From positions 8,999 to 72,998 of the forward strand of contig RGJX01000002.1 in assembly GCA_010023045.1 (NCBI GenBank): a DNA stretch of 64,000 bases, given 5' to 3'. The stretch is from Actinomycetota bacterium. GTDB taxonomy: Bacteria > Actinomycetota > Actinomycetes > Nanopelagicales > Nanopelagicaceae. Positions within the stretch are counted from its first letter, which is position 1. Every line of letters begins with the position of its first letter. A program made the position numbers and the translations under genes. Of this stretch, positions 49,866 through 58,738 are shown in pieces. The notes beneath the pieces are model-generated. The model was not told the DNA's origin. It searched no databases and saw nothing but the letters and a program-made list of their open reading frames with translations.

Positions 49866-51089
49866 TTAATTTCTTTCATAACTGTAACTAATTGACTCGA
49901 GAACCAAATCAACATATGTCATGTCTGCCCAAGAAAACCAATCCCTAGTGAAAATCGAAGAATCATCAACATCGAATGACTCATGAATTTGCCCAGTTCC
50001 TGCATCAGTACTTTCTAGTAAGTCCAAGGTAGTCTTCTGTACTTTTCCATCATTTGATGTCAGAGCTGCTATCGCAATTGCAATCGGCCAGACAGAGTTT
50101 TGAGGAGTGTGCTGAGAACCAACTCCCATTGCTAATGCGCCTTTGTAGAAATATGGATTCATTTCAGATAGAACAAAAGCGCGAGTGCTTTGGTATTTGA
50201 GATTATCTGATGAAAAGACTTCCAAGTAAGGAAGGCTTAGTAGAGATGGGACGTTAGCGTCATCCATAAATAGATGATTGCCGAGGCCGTCCACCTCATA
50301 CGCTAGCTTGCCATCGATAATTCCAAACCTATTTATGCCTTCTTCGATTTCAGACGCTAGTTCGGCTGCCTTCATCTCAAATCCTGCAACGCTCAATTTC
50401 TTGAGTTCGTTCATAAAGAATAAATTCGAAGGTATTAAGTACCCATACTTACAAGCATCGTCACTCGGCCTAAAGGCGGAGTAAACCATTCCCGTAAAAC
50501 CTATTGGTGCACCGCGCCCGTCATGAGAAAGTGAATCATGGGGCGGAGATCCAGCTCTCCAGAATACGTAGCTTTCCCGATCGTGCCTTTGCTCCTTCTT
50601 GGCAAGTTCAATCATCAATTCCAATGCTTCATAAAAATTTCCATCAAGATGTTCAGTACGGCCATATCCTTCTGAAATTTTTCTAGCCAAATAGAGGATT
50701 GAAGCCCAAGAATCTAATTCAAACTTTCGCTCGAAAACCCACGGTGATTGTTCTGGAAAGTCTTTATGCCAACATGCACCATTAGGTTCGGAATTGAAAG
50801 CATTAGCGTAAGGATCCTTAAGAAACAACTTAACTTGGGAACGACTGAGGTTAATGAGCAAATCCATAACTTTCGGATGACTAGAGCGAAGTAGCGGCTT
50901 GACTTGCCAAGTTGAATCTCTCAACCACATCGCAGGAATATCGCCTGTGATAATGAAGGGTAGTCCGTCAGACATACTCTTCAGAGTTTTCTTGAATAAA
51001 GTTTGGACAGAACGATCTACTCGATTAAATCTCTCTGGCAGAATCTGGTCTTCAAGTCCAGGAAACAAATCTCTTGTTTCTAAATCCAC
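49866..51089 (-). CDS. glycoside hydrolase family 125 (DUF1237, exo-alpha-1,6-mannosidase-like)
   Basis: It has the TGDIPAMWLRDS block and is 407 aa with an (alpha/alpha)6-type composition. Confidence 0.75.
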   Translation of the reverse strand: MDLETRDLFPGLEDQILPERFNRVDRSVQTLFKKTLKSMSDGLPFIITGDIPAMWLRDSTWQVKPLLRSSHPKVMDLLINLSRSQVKLFLKDPYANAFNSEPNGACWHKDFPEQSPWVFERKFELDSWASILYLARKISEGYGRTEHLDGNFYEALELMIELAKKEQRHDRESYVFWRAGSPPHDSLSHDGRGAPIGFTGMVYSAFRPSDDACKYGYLIPSNLFFMNELKKLSVAGFEMKAAELASEIEEGINRFGIIDGKLAYEVDGLGNHLFMDDANVPSLLSLPYLEVFSSDNLKYQSTRAFVLSEMNPYFYKGALAMGVGSQHTPQNSVWPIAIAIAALTSNDGKVQKTTLDLLESTDAGTGQIHESFDVDDSSIFTRDWFSWADMTYVDLVLESISYSYERN

Positions 51090-51118
51090 GCACTTATTTT
51101 ACGAATAACTTCCACTTG

Positions 51119-51191
51119 TGTCCTTGGCCGGAGTTGAACCGGCGACCTACCGCTTAGGAGGCGGTTGCTCTATCCACTGAGCTACAAGGAC
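51119..51191 (-). tRNA. tRNA-Arg (anticodon CCU)
   Basis: The hand-folded minus strand is GTCCTTG TA GCTC AGTGGATA GAGC A ACCGC CTCCTAA GCGGT AGGTC GCCGG TTCAACT CCGGC CAAGGAC A. All stems are fully paired, and no CCA is encoded. Confidence 0.92.
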
Positions 51192-51236
51192 TTATCTGAG
51201 AATTATCTAATAATAATTGAGCGAGTTGATTTCACC

Positions 51237-52463
51237 ATGAAAGCGCTGGTAATAGGTGCTGGTGGCGTCGGTAGGGCGATTATCAATATCGCATCACGGA
51301 GATCATTTATATCTTCGCTGGTCATCGCTGATCGAACCCTGGCACGTGCTCAAGAGGCTGTTTCAAGGGTCAAAGACCCTCGATTTTCCGCTGCCCAAGT
51401 AAATGCCGCTGAGCTTGAGGACTTAAGAGAGCTCATCCGAAAAGCCGATCCTGATGTCGTGATTAACGCGGTTGATCCTAGATTTGTAATGCCAATTTTC
51501 CTTGCCTGTGAAATCGAGAATACAAATTACATCGATATGGCAATGTCACTTTCTCGCCCACATCCGCACTACCCACATACCGAAACTGGTGTGAAGTTAG
51601 GTGATGAACAATTCGCGCGAGATTGGAACTGGGAAGAACGAAAAATCTATGCCCTAGTTGGAATGGGTGTTGAGCCCGGCATGAGCGATATTTTCGCTAA
51701 ATATGCAAACGATGAGATGTTTAGTCGAATCGATTCAATCACCATTCTTGATGGATCTAACTTAAGAGTTGAAGGCGCAAACTTCGCTCCCTCGTTCTCG
51801 ATCTGGACCACTATTGAAGAGTGTTTGAATCCACCGCTGGTTTGGGAAGATGGCCGAGGCTGGTTCACTACTCCACCATTTAGCGAGATTGAAGTCTTTG
51901 ATTTCCCGGAAGGAATTGGTCCGGTTGAGTGTGTGAATGTTGAGCACGAAGAGGTTGTTCTAATCCCCCAGAAAATCGACGCCAAGAAAGTCAATTTCAA
52001 ATATGGACTTGGCGCTGAGTTCATTCAGATCCTCAAGACCATCAACATGCTTGGTATGGATCGTAAAGAGAATGTTGAAGTTCAAGGTGTATCTGTTGCA
52101 CCACGTGACTTGCTTGCTGCTTCGCTCCCTGATCCAGCAACGCTTGGCTCTCGTATGAAAGGTAAGACTTGCGCTGGAGCGCTGGTCCGCGGTCTAGATA
52201 AGAGCGGTGAACCTAAAGCTGTTTACATCTATAACGTTGTAGATAATGAATGGTCGATGAAAGAGTATGGCGACCAGGCAGTTGTCTGGCAGACCGCAGT
52301 AAATCCAGTTATTGCTATGGAATTGATCCATAACGGAACATGGAAACCTCTTGGGGTAAATGGTCCAGAATGGTTTGATCCCAAGCCATTCTTAAAGCTC
52401 ATGGAGGAATACGGTACTTCCTGGCATATCCGCGAGGAGCCCACTGCCGGTATCGTGAAGTAG
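51237..52463 (+). CDS. saccharopine dehydrogenase family oxidoreductase
   Basis: It has the Rossmann N-terminus MKALVIGAGGVGRAI and a GVEPGMSD block. The start is moved to ATG 51237, because the longer ORF overlaps tRNA-Arg. Confidence 0.8.
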   Translation: MKALVIGAGGVGRAIINIASRRSFISSLVIADRTLARAQEAVSRVKDPRFSAAQVNAAELEDLRELIRKADPDVVINAVDPRFVMPIFLACEIENTNYIDMAMSLSRPHPHYPHTETGVKLGDEQFARDWNWEERKIYALVGMGVEPGMSDIFAKYANDEMFSRIDSITILDGSNLRVEGANFAPSFSIWTTIEECLNPPLVWEDGRGWFTTPPFSEIEVFDFPEGIGPVECVNVEHEEVVLIPQKIDAKKVNFKYGLGAEFIQILKTINMLGMDRKENVEVQGVSVAPRDLLAASLPDPATLGSRMKGKTCAGALVRGLDKSGEPKAVYIYNVVDNEWSMKEYGDQAVVWQTAVNPVIAMELIHNGTWKPLGVNGPEWFDPKPFLKLMEEYGTSWHIREEPTAGIVK

Positions 52464-53248
52464 TGGCTCTAACAAGTTCGAAACCGATTGCGCTAGTGAC
52501 TGGCGCTACCGCAGGTATCGGTGCTGCATTTGCCGAACACCTTGCGGCACTTGGCCATGACTTAGTAATTACGGCGCGCGATCTAGCGCGTTTAGAGAAA
52601 TCGGCCGAAGAACTGCGAAATAAACATGGCGTTGAAGTTGAAGTTATAAAGGCAGATCTTGCAACTAATGAGGGCATCAGGACTATTGAGCTCCGGTTAG
52701 AGAATATAAGTCGGCCGATTGATGTCTTGATTAACAATGCTGGATTTGGAATAAATAAGAGCTTCGCGGCTAGCGATCGTCAATCTGAGAATGATCTATT
52801 GGACGTTCTCGTCCGGGCGCCCCTTCGATTCATGCATGCAGTATTGCCTGCGATGAAGGAGCGAAATAGTGGAACAATCATCAATGTCTCAAGCGTTGCC
52901 AGTTGGATTGCTGGGGGCAGCTACAGCGCGGCTAAGTCATACTTAACGGTTATGAGTGAATCGCTACACACTGAACTCCTTGGCACAAATGTGAAAGTTC
53001 ATGCGCTCTGTCCCGGCTTTACTCGCACCGAGTTTCACCAACGAGGGCGAATGAAGATGAGCGGGCTTCCCGAGTTTCTCTGGCTCGATGCAACTGAGGT
53101 CGTGGCAACCGCTTGGCGTAGCTCCCAAAAAGGTAAAGCGCTCTCCGTCCCCGGCTCCCAATACAAGTTACTGACATTCCTAATGCGCTATTTGCCCCGC
53201 CCAATTGTTAGAAAAGTTGGTATGAACGCTCGTAAACGCCAGCGTTAA
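52463..53248 (+). CDS. SDR family oxidoreductase
   Basis: It carries TGATAGIG, NNAG and YSAAKSY motifs. Its GTG start overlaps the upstream TAG stop by 1 nt (TAGTG). Confidence 0.9.
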   Translation: MALTSSKPIALVTGATAGIGAAFAEHLAALGHDLVITARDLARLEKSAEELRNKHGVEVEVIKADLATNEGIRTIELRLENISRPIDVLINNAGFGINKSFAASDRQSENDLLDVLVRAPLRFMHAVLPAMKERNSGTIINVSSVASWIAGGSYSAAKSYLTVMSESLHTELLGTNVKVHALCPGFTRTEFHQRGRMKMSGLPEFLWLDATEVVATAWRSSQKGKALSVPGSQYKLLTFLMRYLPRPIVRKVGMNARKRQR

Positions 53249-53357
53249 CCTTGATTCTCAGCAAATTCCTCACTTTCTGTGGAGGTTCGTTGAGCAAATT
53301 TTGACCCCTCAACCTTTAGGATTTCGGCTAATAACAGCGGTATATCTGGGAGGAATT

Positions 53358-54014
53358 GTGCAAAACACTTTTGTAAGAATTGGTAAGAGAGCCACGGTTG
53401 TTGCCGCTATGGCGCTTCTAACAACTACTACTTCCTTTATACCTGCCGAGGCCGCAAACAAAGCTGGAGCGCCTTGCCCCAAGTTAAATGCGAAGACTCG
53501 AATTGGCGGCGATCAATACGTCTGCACGAAGAATCCTCGCTACCCAAATGAGCGTCGTACCTGGGTTTGGGTTGGCTGCATCCAAGCAAATACTCTCTAT
53601 ACGGATTCAGTTAAGCGCCTTGATGGCTTGAAGGCTGGTCTACTTACCGCCACAGCGAAACTCGCTGAATTGACCGCGGAAATCCCCGCAGCTGAAGCAA
53701 AAGCAAAAGAGTACGATGCCAAGATTGCTGCTACTCAACCTAAATTAGATGCAGCAAAAGCAAATTACGAAGAAAATCGCGTCAAGGGCGCTGCTTATGC
53801 AAAAGCAACTGAACAGTGGAATAACGCAGTTAAGAGCTACGAACGCGCAATAGCTGGATTCAAACGCGCGGCTGATAATTGGCGTGAGAAGAGTTCAGAT
53901 GTTGCCGCCCAACAGAAGCGACTTGATCTCCAATCCCAGACTATTGCCGCCTCAGAAGTTGAGATTAAATCTAATCTCAAAGGTCGCAATCAAGCCTGCC
54001 AGCGCGGCCTGTAA
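53358..54014 (+). CDS. secreted protein: Cys-containing N-terminal module plus Ala/Lys-rich coiled coil, unknown function
   Basis: The start is GTG 53358, after GGGAGGA. The signal peptide is KRATVVAAMALLTTTTSFIPAEA. The four Cys residues sit in CPKL, VCTK, GCIQ and ACQRGL. A long heptad-like A/K/E region is present. Confidence 0.5.
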   Translation: MQNTFVRIGKRATVVAAMALLTTTTSFIPAEAANKAGAPCPKLNAKTRIGGDQYVCTKNPRYPNERRTWVWVGCIQANTLYTDSVKRLDGLKAGLLTATAKLAELTAEIPAAEAKAKEYDAKIAATQPKLDAAKANYEENRVKGAAYAKATEQWNNAVKSYERAIAGFKRAADNWREKSSDVAAQQKRLDLQSQTIAASEVEIKSNLKGRNQACQRGL

Positions 54015-54017
54015 GAA

Positions 54018-54443
54018 CTAACCGACAGTAACTTTTGTTTTAGTCGCTTTTACAGCGACAGTTCTAAGGTTGCTACGGGCTGGGCCAACTTCAACTTTTC
54101 CATTCACTGCAAATTCTGCGCGATGATTTGGACAGATCCATTTTCCGTCACTTAAACCAACCGTGGTTCCTTCATGTGTGCAAGAGAGATCTAGAGCCCG
54201 AAAGCCATTGATGGCTTTAGAAGTACGTACTAGCGCAAGGGATCTACCGGTCCCATCTTCAAACTGAACAACTCCGCCAACTTTGCGGAGCGCAGTATTT
54301 TGGGAAATTAGAACTTCTACCTTTCCATTTGCTAGCACCTTTACCTTCGATGCAGCAATAGCTTTATCAGGCACAAATCCAAGCGTGAGGACTGCGAGTC
54401 CACAAAGTAGTGAACGCCTTGATAGAGAATTCTCGTTTTCCAT
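54018..54443 (-). CDS. Tat-exported small Rieske [2Fe-2S] domain protein
   Basis: It has the twin-arginine N-terminus SRRSLLCGLAV...AIA and the Rieske ligand motifs CTHEG and CPNH, 17 residues apart. Length is 141 aa. Confidence 0.8.
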   Translation of the reverse strand: MENENSLSRRSLLCGLAVLTLGFVPDKAIAASKVKVLANGKVEVLISQNTALRKVGGVVQFEDGTGRSLALVRTSKAINGFRALDLSCTHEGTTVGLSDGKWICPNHRAEFAVNGKVEVGPARSNLRTVAVKATKTKVTVG

Positions 54444-54466
54444 ATCTAACCTTTCAATACGCTTTA

Positions 54467-55837
54467 ATGATGAGAATCTACTACTCAGCCAGGTGGCTCG
54501 CCAGCATTTTGCTCCTCTCCTACTTAATTCTCAGGTACTTTTCAGAGGCAACTTGGTGGAGCGAATTGCTCCTCTATAACGTCGTTTTAATTGCCGCAAT
54601 TATTGGAATCTTATTTACACCGCTACCCGATGATGATCTTGGCCAGAAGGTACTCGCCCTCGCCCTACTGGCATGGGGAATTGGCTCCATAACTTCATCT
54701 ATCGATTCCTTTTTCAATACCGAATTGAGCATTATCTCTGAAATCGCATACTCACTCTTCTATCCATTAGCAATATTTGGGGCAATCAGATCACTTCGCA
54801 ATCAAGCTAAAAGTCGTCGCCTAGAATTAATCGACACATTAGTAATCGCGCTAAGTGGCACAACGCTACTTTCCACGTTCTTTTTAAAACCTGCTTCCGC
54901 AGAGATCTCAGGGAGTCAATATGAAGTCTTCTTGACGATTATCTATCCGGTGGGAGACCTTGTTTTGCTACTAACCGTTGTAGGAATAGTCTTACTTCAA
55001 AGACTTAGTCTGCGAAACTCGCTCTTTCTTCTTGGAGTCACTACCTTTACAGTGAGTGACTTCTATTATCTATGGCTAAGCCAGAATGACCTTTACATCT
55101 TTGGCAGTCTCAGCGATGCGGGTTGGTTACTTGGTTTTATTCTTATTGCCCATAGTTATTGGTTCCCATCCGATGAAGAAGAGCACCCCCGCACCTTCAA
55201 TCCAGCTATTGTCACTCTTGCTCTCGTATTGAGTTCAATAATTCTTGCTATCTCAGTTTTAAGACCCGATTACTTTCCCCGCTTTGTATTGATACCCGCT
55301 TTCGCCACGATTGCACTCGCCTTCTTGCGGATGGCCGTTGCTATGGCGGATGCACGTAAGATGAGTGAAGAGCAGATACTTGCTCGTACAGATGAGCTAA
55401 CTGGCCTGGCAAATCGTCGCCGCTTCATCGCTGAGTTTGAAGAGTTCCAAAAGTCTCCTGGCTCGTTGCTGATACTCGACCTAGATGGCTTCAAGCCAGT
55501 CAACGACCAATTAGGGCACGATGTTGGAGATCAACTACTTGCCCAAGTCGCACGGCGTCTTGAGCGAGTCATGCCGAAAGGAGCACTCCTCGCTCGACTT
55601 GGTGGTGATGAGTTTGGCGCTCTTATTCCTGGAGGTGAAGGTATGGAGATCGCAGTCGCGCTACGCGCCACCATGGAGTTCCCATTTAACGTCGCTGGGC
55701 ATGAAATCAAATTAGGCGTCTCTATCGGTGAAGCCTTTAGCAAGAGTGAAGGCGATGGCCAGAACCTGCTCCGCCGTGCTGATGAGGCTATGTACCGTGC
55801 CAAGCGAGAAAAAGTTGGCGTTGTCAGAGCTGGATAA
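54467..55837 (+). CDS. membrane-anchored diguanylate cyclase (polytopic N-terminal domain + GGDEF)
   Basis: About 8 hydrophobic helices are followed by DELTGLANRR, LGGDEFG and the RADEAMYRAK end. The start is taken at ATG 54467 to avoid overlapping the divergent Rieske gene. Confidence 0.85.
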   Translation: MMRIYYSARWLASILLLSYLILRYFSEATWWSELLLYNVVLIAAIIGILFTPLPDDDLGQKVLALALLAWGIGSITSSIDSFFNTELSIISEIAYSLFYPLAIFGAIRSLRNQAKSRRLELIDTLVIALSGTTLLSTFFLKPASAEISGSQYEVFLTIIYPVGDLVLLLTVVGIVLLQRLSLRNSLFLLGVTTFTVSDFYYLWLSQNDLYIFGSLSDAGWLLGFILIAHSYWFPSDEEEHPRTFNPAIVTLALVLSSIILAISVLRPDYFPRFVLIPAFATIALAFLRMAVAMADARKMSEEQILARTDELTGLANRRRFIAEFEEFQKSPGSLLILDLDGFKPVNDQLGHDVGDQLLAQVARRLERVMPKGALLARLGGDEFGALIPGGEGMEIAVALRATMEFPFNVAGHEIKLGVSIGEAFSKSEGDGQNLLRRADEAMYRAKREKVGVVRAG

Positions 55838-55932
55838 ATTAGGCGTTGGAAAGGTTTGGTCGTAAAGTTCGGGCGTCCAAATGTCCACATCGAACGGGGT
55901 GAGATTCTCACATCTCCAATAGGAGGTCCTAA

Positions 55933-57366
55933 TTGTCAGCACGCTTCACCAATAAAGTCCTAATTCTCGGAGCTGGTTCAGTCTCCCAATCAGTCCTACC
56001 TCTTCTTATCGAGCATCTTGTAGATGCAAAACAAATAACCATCATGGATCAACGCGATAATCGTTCGCGAGTCCAAAGTGCGCTAAATCAAGGCGCTACT
56101 TATGTGCAAGATCAAATCACACGCGGCAATCTCGATGCCCAACTATCAAAGTATTTGAAGGCCGGCGACTTTCTTTTAGATCTCGCTTGGAATATTGATG
56201 CCAACACAATTTTGCAGTGGTGCCATGATCATGGCGTCCTTTATCTAAATACCTCCATCGAAGAGTGGGATCCTTATGAAGGTGGATCAAATAAACACCC
56301 GCTAGAGCGCACCCTCTATTACCGCCACATGCGAATGCGCGATATGAAGTCGCGCTGGACAAAAACTGGAGCAACCGCAATCGTCGAGCATGGCGCAAAC
56401 CCGGGCTTGGTCTCACATCTAGTTAAGAAGTCTCTAGTTGATATCGCAACGCGCGCTCTTAAGGATGGAAAAGCAGGAAGTGAAGTTGAAGGAGCGCTTG
56501 TAAATGAGAATTATCAAAGCCTTGCTCATGCTCTTAATGTGAAGGTTATCCATATCTCAGAGCGCGATACCCAAGTAACAAATAAGCCAAAGCAATGGGG
56601 TGAGTTTGTTAATACCTGGTCAGTAGAAGGCTTTTATGAAGAAGGTGTTGCTCCGGCCGAACTTGGCTGGGGAACCCATGAAAAGACCCTTCCAGTAAAT
56701 GCATATGAGCATCCATCTGGTCCAAAGAATCAGATCGCAATCGCTCAGCCGGGAGCTACTACCTGGGTCCGTTCCTGGGTTCCTAACTTTGAAATTCAAG
56801 GAATGGTTATTCGCCATGGCGAAGCCTTCACAATCTCAGATCACTTAACGGTTTGGGAAAATGGCAAAGCAATTTACCGACCAACAGTTCACTATGCCTA
56901 CTGTCCTTCCAATGAAGCAATCGTTTCGATGAAGGAACTTGAGATGCTCAATTGGGAGCTACATAAGAATCAGCGGATCATGAATGACGAAATTACCGCA
57001 GGTGACGATCGTCTTGGCGTCCTCTTGATGGGACATCCATATAAATCCTGGTGGACTGGCTCGCTACTCAACATCGAAGACTCTCGAAAGTTGATTCCTG
57101 GACAATCAGCAACCACGGTCCAGGTTTCTTCAGCTGTTTATGCTGCAGTTGCTTGGGCGATGAAGAATCCAAACGCGGGTTTGCTTGTCCCCGATGAATT
57201 ACCTTGGCGCGAAGTCCTTGGTTACGCCGAGAAGTACTGGGGAGGAATTCACTCCGAAGCTGCCGATTGGGATCCGTTAGTTAATCGACGTGATCTCTTT
57301 GAGGGTTGGAACGATAAGAAAGTTGATCGCGCCGATCCGTGGCAGTTCTCTAACTTCTTGGTCTAG
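55933..57366 (+). CDS. hss: homospermidine synthase
   Basis: At 477 aa it matches my memory of bacterial HSS closely: VEHGANPGLVSH, HISERDTQ, FVNTWSVEGF, PAELGWGTHE, YRPTVHYAY, LGVLLMGH, VQVSSAV, NPNAGL and the terminal DPWQF.NFLV. The TTG start lies 6 nt after AGGAGG. Confidence 0.85.
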   Translation: MSARFTNKVLILGAGSVSQSVLPLLIEHLVDAKQITIMDQRDNRSRVQSALNQGATYVQDQITRGNLDAQLSKYLKAGDFLLDLAWNIDANTILQWCHDHGVLYLNTSIEEWDPYEGGSNKHPLERTLYYRHMRMRDMKSRWTKTGATAIVEHGANPGLVSHLVKKSLVDIATRALKDGKAGSEVEGALVNENYQSLAHALNVKVIHISERDTQVTNKPKQWGEFVNTWSVEGFYEEGVAPAELGWGTHEKTLPVNAYEHPSGPKNQIAIAQPGATTWVRSWVPNFEIQGMVIRHGEAFTISDHLTVWENGKAIYRPTVHYAYCPSNEAIVSMKELEMLNWELHKNQRIMNDEITAGDDRLGVLLMGHPYKSWWTGSLLNIEDSRKLIPGQSATTVQVSSAVYAAVAWAMKNPNAGLLVPDELPWREVLGYAEKYWGGIHSEAADWDPLVNRRDLFEGWNDKKVDRADPWQFSNFLV

Positions 57367-58733
57367 TTTGGTTTTATCGGTTTTGCCGCTTTGATCTCTT
57401 CGAGCCGCGCCAAGGACTCTAATCGCTCCTTGGCGTGGTCGACGATTGGTTCTGGATAACCTTTAGAAAGTCCATCGATAACCGTCCATGGCTCGTGAAT
57501 GTCATCGCCGCTTAAGTGAGCTAATTCGGGAATGTAACGCTTGATATAAACGCCTTCTGGATCAAAGCGACGACCCTGCTCGATTGGATTAAATACTCGG
57601 TAATACGGCGAGGCATCGGTACCGCAACCTGCAGTCCATTGCCAGCCATGTGAATTAGATGCGACATCATTATCTATCAGGTACTTCATGAAGAAGTTTG
57701 CACCATGTTGCCACTCGATATGTAAATCCTTAACTAAGAATGAAGCGACGACCATCCGAGTGCGATTATGCATCCAGCCCTCTTTAACAAGCTGGCGCAT
57801 TGCTGCATCTACAAATGGATAGCCGGTGCGACCCTCACACCATGCTTCGAACTTCTTACCCGGCTTGTCATAGCGCATCTTTTTAAACTTCGCATCGTAA
57901 TAATCACGAGATGTGTGAGGATTGTTATTAAGCACATCAGCATAAAACTCGCGCCAAGCAATCTCTTTTCGATAGACCTCATGACCCTTGTTCTGTCCTA
58001 GAACGTTGAGCATCGTCCGGGGATGTATTTCGCCCCAACGTAGATGTGGGCTCATTCGACTTGTTCCTTCAATTCCAGGAATATTGCGGGCATCGCCATA
58101 ATCATCTGAAGCGCGCTTGATAAAGTCCTTATAGCGTTTTATCGCCGCGGCTTCGCCAGCTTCTTGAATCTCAACTTTTTCGCTTTTATCCCAATCCGGA
58201 AGTTGGCGATCTGCCTTGGTCGGCGCTACCCACTTAGGATCTTTTGGCGCTGCAACTGGTTTACGCCAGCCATGCGCGCTCCATGCTCTATAGAACGGCG
58301 TGTAAACACGATAAGGAGTTCCATCATCTTTGAGTACTCGCCCTGGGGCTACCGCATAGCCACTACCAAGTTGCGTAAGTTCTATACCAGCTTTCTTCAA
58401 TCGTTCATCAAGAGCATTTCCATATGGAGCAAATGGAAAGGCGCAGTGAATCGAATTTGCGCCGTACTTCTTCGTCAAGCGCGTTAGTACTTCAACTGGA
58501 TCTCCAGAAATAACATGCAGCGCTCCATTCATGGAAGCATCAAGGGCTTTGAGTGAAGCCGCGAGATAGGCACGACGATGAGCGCCAGCACGCTCGGCAA
58601 TCTCATCATCCATTAAAAACAGCGGCACAACTTCATCGGCTTCATCAAAGGCTGCAAGAAGCGCGGGATTATCACTAAGCCTTAAATCTCTGCGGAACCA
58701 GAAAATGGCGCGCTTGCTCATGGCAAGATTCAA
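57363..58733 (-). CDS. phr: deoxyribodipyrimidine photolyase (class I CPD photolyase/cryptochrome family)
   Basis: It has the WFRRDLRL.DNPAL N-terminus and an FAD-binding C-terminal region (TGYPFVDAAMRQL...GWMHNR.RM, DNDVASN.HGWQW). An alternative start is ATG 58721. Confidence 0.9.
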   Translation of the reverse strand: MNLAMSKRAIFWFRRDLRLSDNPALLAAFDEADEVVPLFLMDDEIAERAGAHRRAYLAASLKALDASMNGALHVISGDPVEVLTRLTKKYGANSIHCAFPFAPYGNALDERLKKAGIELTQLGSGYAVAPGRVLKDDGTPYRVYTPFYRAWSAHGWRKPVAAPKDPKWVAPTKADRQLPDWDKSEKVEIQEAGEAAAIKRYKDFIKRASDDYGDARNIPGIEGTSRMSPHLRWGEIHPRTMLNVLGQNKGHEVYRKEIAWREFYADVLNNNPHTSRDYYDAKFKKMRYDKPGKKFEAWCEGRTGYPFVDAAMRQLVKEGWMHNRTRMVVASFLVKDLHIEWQHGANFFMKYLIDNDVASNSHGWQWTAGCGTDASPYYRVFNPIEQGRRFDPEGVYIKRYIPELAHLSGDDIHEPWTVIDGLSKGYPEPIVDHAKERLESLARLEEIKAAKPIKPN

Positions 58734-58738
58734 CCATT

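Noticed and set aside
51119-51191. tRNA-Arg as the attachment site of an integrated mobile element.
   Set aside because: No integrase, excisionase, transposase or phage gene occurs anywhere in the window. I could not find a direct repeat of the tRNA 3' end by eye. It is reported only as a low-interest compositional islet hypothesis.
51165-51236. N-terminal extension of the saccharopine-dehydrogenase-family ORF (MLYPLSYKDLSENY...).
   Set aside because: The extension is the reverse complement of tRNA-Arg(CCU). The Rossmann motif begins right after ATG 51237, so the start was moved there.
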